Shown one piece after another: positions 51,125 to 63,400 of a stretch of DNA of 64,000 nt (within the stretch, counting starts at the first letter, position 1; the number at the start of each line of letters is the position of its first letter). This DNA comes from Antedon mediterranea (Eukaryota; Animalia; Echinodermata). The stretch spans positions 19,800,101 to 19,864,100 of the forward strand of contig NC_092677.1 of assembly GCF_964355755.1 (NCBI RefSeq), in the 5' to 3' direction. The notes below the pieces were generated by a model, which was not told the origin of the DNA, searched no databases, and was given only the letters and a program-made list of their open reading frames with translations. Position numbers and translations under genes: made by a program.

Positions 51125-54100
51125 TTATTCTGATTTAATGTGATTTGCTGTGATATCTTCCTTCTTTATCTCTTTATTCTCTGGTTCATCTCTTTCATCT
51201 TCCTCATCAAAATCACTATCTTGCATGTCTTCATCAATTGTTTCTGAAGTACAAATTGTGTAGCAAATGAAGGTAATCAGGAATCCAGGCAGTATGATAA
51301 CAAGGCTAATAATCACAGGTTGTGCTTTCCATATTGCCTGTAAGAATAATTTAATTACATTTATATATACAGTAGAAAAATAACATTTGATTTGCCATTT
51401 TTTGATTTATTTTAATTAAATGTATTTATTTTTAATTCACTTGATTGCATCCAATAAATCAGAAACAATTTGCTAGAATTAAGGTTACATGCTAATAGAT
51501 TAATAACTATCTTAAACATTTTAATTATCCAAAATAGAATCAATGTTGGCGGCAATTACAAAACAATTATTGACAATTAAAGGGAATAACAAGATATGAA
51601 ACAAGGAAAAAAATGTATTCATAATGAAATTAAATGTTTAGATTGCATTGTATATACAGTTAACATATTATAAATAAAGTGCACAAAATAGGGCCCATGA
51701 TGATCCATGCGTTTGGTCAACAGCATAAACAGTTCACACAACAAATAGGGCCCATGATGATCCATGCGTTTGGTCAACAGCACAAACAGTTCACACAACA
51801 AATAGGGCCCATGATGATCCATGCGTTTGGTCAACAGCATAAACAGTTCACACAACAAATAGGGCCCATGATGATCCATGCGTTTGGTCAACAGCATAAA
51901 CAGTTCACACAACAAATAGGGCCCATGATGATCCATGCGTTTGGTCAACAGCATAAACAGTTCACACAACAAATAGGTACTAAGCCAAAGAATAAATAAC
52001 CCCTTTGGACGAACACTCCTCCTGCAAACGAATGTAACTGCCAGGAAAAAAGCAATGACCTTTACCTGGTAAGTGTCTCACTAAAAGTGTGGTGTACCAA
52101 AGCTACCGTAATTAGAAATGACAATAACCGAAAAACATAATAGGTCTAACCGAAAACCAATTCAAAGTTAGATATAGGAATCATACAAGTTCATTCCGTA
52201 ATTCTAGTAAAAGAACCAGCACAGAATTAAGCAAGTACATTTAGAACCTCAAGGACTTCTAATGTATTCCATTACATTAAGTGGAAAATTATAAGAAAAT
52301 GTATTCCTTGTTCAAATGTTAGCAAACGTTACAATTTATGTATGTATGAGAAATATATAATTATTTGCCATCCTGAGCTATGCTCACTTAACAGCAAAAA
52401 TGAGCTCAGGTATCGCAGCACATCCGTAAACAATAGACCTAACTTCCTGGTCATTCATTCTGTAGTGGAATCTGTTATGGCTGAAATAAGGCTGTTGGTT
52501 CAGTTTCTTCCAAAAGTACCAAATTTTTTATACAGGTTGCCCACCATCTACGAATTCAATTTTTGATGGGCGCCAAGCAAAATGACCCCGTGGGTCACCT
52601 AATTTGCATAATTTAAAATGGCGGACATTTTCACTTAAACACTTATCTCTGAAAACTACTGGTCATAGAGAGTTGATTGTTATATCAAAATGTTCAGAAC
52701 ATAAACATTCCTATTTACTCTAATGAAGTATTTTTTTTAAATATGATCGGAAGTAATAGTTTTAACCTTTGACCCATATTTTAAGGCATTGCCATATCTC
52801 AGTAAATAGTTGTCACAGACAGTTTATTTTGGTGTCAAATTGTTCAAAATATATATATTTAGTTTAATGAATAATTTCATCCAAAAATGCCCGGAAGTAC
52901 GCAGTTTTGCATTTGAGATAATTATCTCTATGATTTTTCTGATCAGGGAAAACCTATTTATTTATTTTTTTTGCATATCTCTAACTTTTGCTTACTAATT
53001 TTCTGAAACATCTGAAAAAAATATTATCATAACCTAAATTATTAAAGTTATATAAATCCATTGACTACTTACCACAACAGTTGTAACTAATTCGTAGAAC
53101 ACACGGTATATCATGCGAAATAAAGAGTTTCCACCATAACCCTTAAATATAATAATAAAACAAAATAATTATTCAGTTTTGAATAGAAAATAGAAAACAA
53201 ATCTGTGATGAATCAATTGATCCCATGAGGCAGATGGACCACACTCGAGTGTTTACCACTTAGGCCTAGACTTTGTATATTTCTTTTATTATTCATACTA
53301 TAGTAGTCCAGTTTGATATCACAATATAAATATACATGTTAGCATGGTCAGGGAAAAAATGCTGTCTTAGCAAAATAGTAATTGCTGATTGCCGAGCTGA
53401 AATTCCAGGGTTAGGTTAACCATTGGATTGGCGATGCTTGCGAACACTAGTGGACATGTTTTGTAAACGGGAGAATTTGTGTTCCTATACGTTGTGATTA
53501 TGATCTTACCATATGTTTTGAGTGTTGACAGGGTAAGATAGCCATACCTTATTGTTGTCTATGTAACATTCTAAAGATTATTTGTGCATTAAAACTGTGA
53601 AATAAGTCTGAAAAATCTTAGCCAGGTAATGTGTAACAATGAAGCTGATATGAATACACATTCCAAAGACAGTGGTACTAAAAGTACAGTACTATATAAT
53701 CATTACTGGTGGCTAAACTATTTCAGATATTTCAAATATTATTACATGTGAGGTTCTTCCGATTTCTATGAAGCTAAAATACATAAATCATAACCTTGAT
53801 TTAGATAGCGTAAAAGATGATATTGATCAACTGAAAGGTGGACAAAGACAACTTGCGTTTTATTAATATTTCTGATAATGAAGATGATGAAGAATTGGTC
53901 ATATAATTTTGCATAGAATTTGTAGCAAGTATTTAAATGTTTTACTTGCCTTTGCTGTACCATTTGTGATTGAATGTAAAAAGTCTTTTATAGATTCCTT
54001 AGATGATGGCATAACTTCATCTAATATGTAATACACTTGTGTTTCTGTATTTAAAACCACTAAACCTGGAATTTCTATGTTGCTGCAAAACAAACAAGAA

Positions 54101-57100
54101 AAATAAAAAAATGAAAAATATTGAATTTAAATAACAATATTTTGTGAGAATAAATATCAACAAAACAAATAAAAGTAAAACATAGTATAGCTCCTATATT
54201 TGAAATAAAGGTTGATTTTAAATTTATAATAACAATTGTGAATGCATACATTGCTTAATTTACCTTTCCCAATGTAATTTTACTTTTTAAATTTCCTAGT
54301 CCTATAGAAAAATGTTTGTTTTTTTATAACACACAATTTAATACAATAATTGTACAGCACCTCGACTTTAAACAGTCAATAATCTTAATACAATTTATAA
54401 ACTATTATACAGATACAGATTAATTTTATTGTCAAATACAAATGGAAAAAAGAACTATCTAACAAATCTTTTGTTATAATGCCGTATCCCAGCTGGGTAG
54501 AACGAGTATTTGAACAGTCCGTCTGCACGTTCACCATCCTCATCCTACCACTTCTAACGACAACGGAGCTGATAATGTTGTTATGAAAAGGATGATTGGT
54601 GTCTTCCAATATAGCATGGAACACATCGGCAAGACGTTCGCTGTAGAAAGAGTCAAGCGTTTGCACAGACGAACCAATTACTTTGCCCGCTATACCCAGC
54701 ACCTTTCAATACGGTCCTTATACCCTTTATTGATATTCCCTGCCCAGCCCAACATACAATAACCCCAAATAGAACATCACTGATGAGTAAAATATTCTAC
54801 AAATTTCCTGCTTTACCCCAAACGAACAGAGTTTCCTCAGGCAGTTGTACAGCCTTGTATTTAACTTCTGAACTATGCTCAACATGATTCACCCATTTAA
54901 TCTTATAGTCAAGCACTCTTCCATATACTTATAATTGTTAACAATCTCTATATCCTTTCCATTAATGTATACCATGTCCATACAGTCAGACCTAATGTGT
55001 TTTCGAAAATCAATCCGCATTTCTTTCATTTTATTTATGTTTAGTTCAAGAAAATTATTGCCACAGTCATCTGTAAATTGAAAAATCTAGGTCTAGAGAA
55101 GAATTGAGAATTGAGGTCTAGAGAATCAATAAGTCCAACCATAGCAGGAAGTGTTATCATTATTATAAAATTCTGAGACAAAAAGAGTAGCTGAAATCTC
55201 TACTGTATTTAATCTCACTCATGATTAGGTTGGATGTGGATTATTGGCTTCTGAAGAAGGAAAAATTATAAATCAATTCATTCAGTGTAAGCAGTAATTA
55301 GTAAAACGCTATAATACTAATTTTATCACCATTACACAACTTAATACTGTTATACCTACCTCATAGTTATATCACTGATTTCATGATTCCCTTCCATGAA
55401 TCCAAACTGAAAGTTACTGCAAAAGGAATAAAAACACTATGTGTCATCATTTCTAGTGACATCAAAATTGTATATTTAAATTATTTAAAAACAATTTTTT
55501 GCTTTAACTTGTGTTTTGATATAATTTTTGTTGTTATTTTATGAAAGTCGTAGTTGGAGGGTCACACCATTCCCAGGGATATTGGTTTCTCTGCTCAAGT
55601 TTTATTGTGGTGTCTGCTTGTTTGTTTGCTGAAAAAAATAAAATAAAATTAGAATAAATAACAATGGTACTCCCTAGAAACTTTCCTTCTTAACAATACC
55701 ATAACAGCTATACCCCAGAACTTTGTTGGAGGAAATTAAATAAATTAATGTTTGCTAATTTTTATTGATACCCCAGTATTGGCAAACTGCGTGACACAAT
55801 TTATTATGCTTTTTAAAAATATATTTATATTTGCCCAACAAACCGGTTTTAATCTTTTGGTATGTCTAGATATTGTTTGGAGCCATCGTTATTTACTAGC
55901 TAAGTTTATTGAGAGCCCTGTTTTGCATGATATCAATGGCTGTGATGATGAATTATTAAAAGTAAATATTAAAGATGTATTGTCCTCAAAAACATGAAAA
56001 ATGAAATAAATTAAATCATACTTTAAATGTGTTCACGGTTTGTTTGGATGGATAGCATATGACTAAACAAGATCACGTTAATGACTTCCTGCAGATTCAT
56101 ATAGAACATCATGATAAAGAAACTCATGATAATTTCTGAATGGGTATGAATGCCCTGTATGAATGACTTAGTGAGATTTTATAAGTGATAATAGTTATTA
56201 TTATTGGTTATCCGCACTTATCCGCAGGATCTTTTTTTTTTTCTTTTTTTTTTCCTATGTTCTTCTTTCTTTCCCAGAATTTTGTTGGCAGCGTATCTCT
56301 AATTCTGGCCAACATAAGATTATATATAACTTTGACAGAAGATTGACCTCTAACTGTAGATGTGCAAGAAACTTCGTTTTATGATTTTAGAGTTGCGCAA
56401 CGTGACTTGCGCGCGATTTTATGAATTTCAATGATTGATCATAGATTAAAAACCAAAAATAATTTTGTATTGAAACTTGGAGAAAATTTAAGTTATATCA
56501 AGCGCAAACTTTCTATGGATTAAAAATGGCATGTTTCAGAGAAAGTTACGCGCGCACGCGCATTTAAAATTTCAAAATCAATTTCTAATTAACTTTCTAC
56601 GCATTTCATGTCATTTTGAGCATGTTAAAAATTCCCACGCGCGCGCGCATTTTTACGCGCGTGGTGCGCGACGTAACACAAAAAATATATTTTTTTGCAT
56701 GATTTATGTTTTTCCAGCCTTTTCTAGTAATTTTACCAACTTTTTAAACAATTTCGACTTAAAATCACGTCATACGAGCACGTCGAATTGGATAATTTGC
56801 GCGCGTTTTTGATGAAAAAGTTAAAAAATTCATCAAAATTATGCCTTTTTTTAAACAGTCATAGATTCTAAACTACATGACGAACTTTAATTTTTTTTAC
56901 ATATTCTGGAAGTTGATGAGTTGTAGATATCGGATCATGAATCAATATGGCTAACCGGACATTGTGACGTCATCGTATGGCCACTGGAATATAAAATACT
57001 GGATTTTTGTCTCTTTCGTCATAGCTCATCACATTTAATAGAGCGCATCTCCACTTATCCATATTCCATTTCCCCCCATTTTTTATATTGTCTAGGTCAA

Positions 57101-57370
57101 TCAATTATCTTTAGCATGATTTACCATTTTTAAATTTGTGATGACGTCATCATGATTAAAAGCGTCAATAACTTTGGTCACTTATTTTCACCTATTCTGC
57201 ACTGTATGTAGTACGTATACAATATATAGTGTTATACCGTATATACTTAGGTGACACAAAATAGAGAGCGCACTAACATTTTTTTCAATGGCATGATCGT
57301 TTTTCTGCGCGCCATATTCGCTTTGCGCTGCGAATAACCAAACTCGTCCGTAGTGACGAGTTCAAATCTA

Positions 57371-57406
<36 letters not shown>

Positions 57407-60400
57407 GTGTTAAGGATATGAAGTTATTCATGTACTGTTGCTGACCTGAGAATTTAACCGTATACTGTATGTATTCACTAATTAGGTAGTATAACCCTGC
57501 AAAGTTGTAAGTTATCACAGTAAATGTAACACTGTTATAGGCCTATTTATGATGAACAGTTATCCAAAGTTATGAGACATTTGTATATGTACTTCAGCAA
57601 TGTTTTGTTGCTTCACATACTGTATGACTAATATGATTGTTGTTATTTTGTTAATGCTTTTAACGGTTTAATTAATGACTGAATGTTTGAGTGAAGATTT
57701 ATAACTGTATGTTATATGTTATGGTACAATGCCAGGGTTATTAATGATTCATTTCTGTATTTATTCTAATTATAGAATTGAATGAGATTCAAGTTATTTA
57801 GTCATCTGATAACATATTTTACCACACCATGTATTTTTCAATGATTTTTAAAAATGGCTCTCTATTTACAACAATTGTGTACAAAAGAATAGAGATTTTG
57901 AATTTGATAAGAAAGTTTTGAACAAACTCGTGTAACACAAATAAAACGCCCAAAAATTATGAAACATACAGTAGGGGAAACTATAGATCAATAATTATTG
58001 GAATGTATGATCAATAGAAATATTATGTTTGCACCTGGCCTTTAAGACACTTTTATTGAATAAATGATTTTATCTCAATTTTTAAATCATGGTATATCTA
58101 CTCATTTGCTGACCTGTGTGTTGTCATCTGACCTTTCTCTACATTAAACCTTTCGTAAAGTGATTGCTTACGTTAGCTAAAAACATAGTACACAAAACCA
58201 CATAAATAACCTTACTGTCATGGTGAAAGAATTTAAAAAGGATTGTCTTTTTACCTGTGAAATTCTTCTCTCCCATTTATAGCTATACTTTTAATGTTCT
58301 CCATAAAAGTTGTGTGCGGATGACGATAATTGCCTGTACCTTTATTAACAATGGCTAACACAAGAAATTTACCTGAGAAGATAGCAAGCACAGTTCAATA
58401 ATAGTTCTACCTAATTATTATTATTTATTCAGGCAAAAGATACATTTTACAAAATATAATACAAATCAACAAATTAAACAAACACAACGCAAGAATAAAA
58501 TATAAAATCATAGTCACTAGCTGCCAGTAAGAAAACAATTAAAACAGCAAGAATTAATCATCGTATGTTGGGGTAGACCAATAATGAACAATTTGACCTA
58601 TAAATTGTAGATGTGACTTATACTGTACACTGGTCATTGATACTGCAGTGGCATAATGCAGGGGGAAAATTCCCCTGGTTTAGCACTCAAATACTGAGTT
58701 GTTGTATTGAGGCGTTATGCTCTGGGGCTCTGGGTTTAGCCAGTGAAGTCTCACAGCCGTTATGCCGCTGGTTGTAAGGACTGGAGTTTATTCAATTTTC
58801 AACCACACATTTCCGCCATATCATGAAAAAGGCCATTTATTAAATTATAAGAACTATGTGAATTGTCAGAAATGGGACAGAGGGTTCGCTGTAAAAGTGG
58901 GAATCACACTCCGGTATATACAGCATCCAATCTGTTCCAGAACGCAACCAGGCCCAACATTGCTTAACTTCGGTGATCTGACAAGAACCAGTGTTTTGAC
59001 ATAGTATGGCCATATATAAAAATAGCAGTTAACTTTTCAATAGATATGCTTAAAGTTAATAATGATATTCCTGGTTCAATATCGGCTGGGAAAACAAAGC
59101 ATCATTTGGATTGATTTTATCAATTGTGAAAAAGAATCTTTACCTGTAGATACATATTGGTACAATGTATCTCGGCTAATTCTTGGAAATGCTAGGAACC
59201 TTTCATTTACAACAAAGTTTCTTATGTCGGATTTTAGAATAACACTATCAGCAGCTGTGAAATAAAGATAAAATAATACTGAAGATAAAACTACATTTGT
59301 AAACCGATTCTGTTTTTCTAATTTTTGAAATTGGCAAGCTAGTCATGTGTAACAAAACAGGTTAAATGGCGCTTGTCCAAAATAAAATCAATTGTCGGGC
59401 CAAACTGCTAATATTGACACATTTTGTGTGCTGTGTCTATGCTTTGTGAACGTCACACCATCTTTTACAAATCTAGGTATAATTAGGTAACATCTTTGTA
59501 ATCTTTAGTCCTATTGCCCCTGATGAAATGTTGAAAGTCTGCCTTGAATAACATTCTATTCTCTTTTGATGTGTGTTTTCAACTTTTCCCATTTCTATAA
59601 ATTTTATATTGATATTCTTGAACTGATTTTGAAAGTTGCAATGTGGGAAAATCCCATACCTTTTTCCCCTAATAATTAATTTTAGTTGCGCACTCCACGA
59701 CTAAGCCTAATTATTTTGTTGTGTAATAATAAAAAATATTGTTGTCTTACTTTGAAGAATAAAATGTACACCGTCTTTAAATACAATACAAGAAACTTCA
59801 TCATTTACTTTAACATCTGTTGGTAAGTCTTTCTTTAACACTTTGTAAAATACTCCAAGTAATACAAACTCCTCTGCAACATCTTTATAATATTTCTACA
59901 CAAGTCAACAATTTCACTGAATTAGAATTTTAAAGTTTGCAATCTCTTTTTTAATCAATGAACTTAATCACATAAACACAATACAAATTCTCTCTTTAGT
60001 TTACAAGGGTAGAAAGTCAGTATGTAAATGTTAATACTGATGGGTTCTGCGGTCAAAGTCTAATTTTACACAATATTTATAATTAATTTCATTTCATGAA
60101 ATGTCACCCGAATAAACAAATTGCCATCCAACTTTTCTAGACCAGAATTTCCAAATCTTGAAGATAATCAATCAGAATAGGAAGCGTTTTCGGGATATAA
60201 GCGTCAAAGTTCAAAATTGACCAAAAATGACAACAATGTAATATATGTATTACCCCCATAAAAATGATATTTTAGATGATCCCATCGGGACCAACTTGGG
60301 ATTTTTTTAAAAGAATTACAGGATTTTGTACGCAAGATCGGGATTGGAGGGATTGTGTTTATAAAATTACAGGATTTTGTACGCAAGACTGGGATAGACA

Positions 60401-63400
60401 GGATTGTGTTTGTACACTACTGGATTGTGTTTTTGGACTATGGGATTTTGTACACAGCATCGGGGTTAGGGGAATTTTGTTTATAAAATATGGGATTTGT
60501 GGGATTTTGTACGCAACATTAGAATCAGCTGGATTTTGTTTGTATATGATCTTGTACGCAATAGCGGGATGTTGATACAGGATTTTCTAAAAAATACTAG
60601 AAGATCGTTTTGCTGTATTTTAAACTTTCCTATGTAGGTTAAAATAATGTCTTAACTATGCAATAGTGTCTTTTATATTGTATCGGAATTGTCAGTGGTT
60701 TTTTTAATGTATGGTGAAAACAAGTTTTTGTTTTAATACGTAAAAGGTACTTTAGTCGATAAGACTAGAGACTTAAAAGAACTTTGTAGTATATACTTGT
60801 TATAGTAAGGATTGCGTTTCCCTTTACTGTTGAATACAAAAATGGCGGATACCATATCATATTGTGTCGTCAGTTTTTTAAAATGTACAAGTGACGCGGC
60901 ATCGACGATCATTTAAGGTCTTAAGCGAAACCTTAAGTTTGCGTTCGTTAGACACATAAAGAAGAGAGTCAGATAAGCTTATTTTCCTAGCATTCTACTG
61001 CTAACTTTGAACAGATGCAACCTTGAGGTTGAAACCTTTTCTCTTCAGAAAACAAAATTTGTACTGCAGTATGCACAGGAAAATGTTTTTAAGAAGATAA
61101 CATCAATTAGGTTGTACAGGAAAACTATTTGTGGTTAGCAACCATATTGAGGCTCAATACTAACAATATGCCCTTGATAATATGTGTGGACTGTGTGTAG
61201 TTGTGGGTTCCAGTTTTTATTAGCCAATGGAAGTAAAAATCTAAAGCATTTAAATTGACCAAGTTTATAGATTTGAGTCAGTGTCAACAAAGTCAATATT
61301 AATATATTTAAAAGGGAATAAATCCTGGTGTTCCCTTATGAAAGATAATCAAAACATTTTGAAGCATATAGTACAGAACTTGACAATGAAAAACAAAACA
61401 TATTCTTAGAAACGTTTCTACAAGCTTCAACATTGCATTTGTGCTCTCAACAAAAATTACTACACCACCTAGTATGGACCTTGTGTGGGTAGGTGGGTGT
61501 TTTCCAAAGCTCGCCTGCTTTTTCAACTCGCGTTTTCTATTAAAATATTTAATAAACATAGATTAAAGATATATATAAATAAACCCTTAAACAAGATCTT
61601 TCAGACATATAATTTGTATTCACATGGGACATAAGAAATAGTATATTTTTAACTTCAAAGACACGTCACTTTTTAAAATTTCATTTCATTTTAATTTTTA
61701 TTTGGTTTTATAGACAAATTTTGTGATTGGTCAATATTGACATTTGCAAAGGCTTTTTTTAGATACCTATACAGTATCACAGTGTGACGTCACATCGATA
61801 GAGGGCGCTGCATGGTTGTTAGCCAACCATAAAAATGCGTTCAACGCTACTATGTTGATAAACTATAAAGATCTGTATTTCTATTATGTATTATGTATCT
61901 TAGTTGAAGAATAAATAGATTATTAAAAACAAATGTTTAGTGATCTTTTGAAATTTTAGTTTGTTTTTATTTAAAATTATTCAGTTTTAAAATGACTACT
62001 TCAATAAGCCTATTCCAAACCATTGGAGTCACTCAGGCAGGTTGAACGCATTTTTGGTTGCGCTAGCAACCACGCAGCACCACCTACCGTCCTGACGTCA
62101 GCACCGTGATACTCTATAACCATGATACAAATGTATGAAAAGACCAAATAGACCTTTAATAAATTGGTTAAAATACATATATATAACACAGCCAAATTCG
62201 ACCAGAGAGCCTTTGGTCACAACTTATCACCCTATAGGTTAAGCCTCCATTTCGGACTATTATTGAGAAAAATATGCCCATTCTACAGTCCACAGAACGT
62301 CTCAGGACTTATTTTTCCGGAACCACCCATTATTGCATTTCGTAGACCTCCCAACCTTCAAGATATTATTAGTCAGATCCAAATTTGAGAGTGAAACTAG
62401 ATTTGAACTCGTCACTTTGACGAATTCTGGTTATCTGCCGCGCAAACGCCACGTGCACGTCATACATTAGAATATTGCGCACAAAAAGAAAATAAAATGT
62501 TATTGTACCCTCTATTTTGTGTCTAAGTATATACAGTACACACTATATACTGTATACATACTACATACAGTGCAGAATAGGTGGAAATACCGGAACCCTC
62601 CTTTTATTTCAATTTTTAACATGATGACGTCATCATAATGAAACGCGTAGGTAGCAATTTGGAAAGAAATTATCTGAACAACATATTAATGTTTATTATT
62701 ATTACATATTTGTTTATATCTCTACCAAGCTACCTTCTTTGTTTTCTACTCTTATTCAGTTCACCACCCTGTCTCTTTTGTTGTATTTCTTTTATTCCTG
62801 TCAATCCAGGCAGCACTTGCCAGTTCTTATGATGACTTTATCCAAATTCCTTCACTTGCACTGATGAAGGGCTAGTGTTGCCCGAAAGCTCTGCTAACTT
62901 TTCTGACTGTTCTACTTTATCGCTTTGATTTAGCCTTTCGCTTTTTTTTCCATCCATTGAGATCCAGCCACTGATACCCACAGAATTGTCATTTTTTCAG
63001 TAATTTGCCTTTGGATTTATATATAATACACTGTTATAATGGGTAAATTTTGAACTTTGACCCCTTAAATTTCAAAAACATTTCCTATCCTGATTGATTA
63101 CCTTTCATAATCTACGGAAAATTCTGGTCTAGAAAAGTTGGATGGCAATTTGTCCCCTTTCGGGTGGCCATTCCCCTCCTGCCACCGAACTAATAGGTTG
63201 CGGAACAATGTTATACAATATTTGTGATTTAAGAACTTAATCAAAAACAAACACAGAAGATCATATATAAGCAACTTACATAAATATTAGACTGTTCATC
63301 TGCATTAGTCATTACAAACAAAACATCATTTTCTTTTATAGCTTTTTGCAATTCTGAACTTCTTGCAGCTGTTTTGACAGGTGGCCTAAAAGATACATTA

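Larger units (their letters stand above)
62170..63025 (+). mobile_element. Penelope-like element remnant, interrupted by a Helentron-like fragment at 62396-62640
   Basis: IFPEPPIIAFRRPPNLQDII is a typical PLE post-RT motif. The downstream pLTR-like region carries a hammerhead motif. Its 3' end GAGATCCAGCCACTGATACCCACAG...TTTGGATTTATATA recurs at 33335-33400. Confidence 0.7.
60101..63192. mobile_element. Second copy of the foldback family, expanded to ~3.1 kb by nested insertions (TMX3 intron)
   Basis: Left arm ACAAATTGCCATCCAACTTTTCTAGACCAGAATTT at ~60116. Right arm AATTCTGGTCTAGAAAAGTTGGATGGCAATTTGT...CTGCCACCGAACTA at ~63120-63192. Confidence 0.65.

Noticed and set aside
51619-51999. Repetitive ORFs on both strands, a CRISPR-like array, or a C/D snoRNA cluster (ATGATGA in each unit)
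   Set aside because: Head-to-tail 57-bp minisatellite with no unique spacers. There is no CTGA D box, and the C-box-like word is antisense to the host gene.
58940-59016. Functional 5S rRNA gene
   Set aside because: Only the 5' ~70 nt match, with many substitutions; the C-box region and 3' end are lost.
59510-59550. Second hammerhead-like string CTGATGA-AATGTT-GAAA-GTC
   Set aside because: No credible helix II or helix I pairing.
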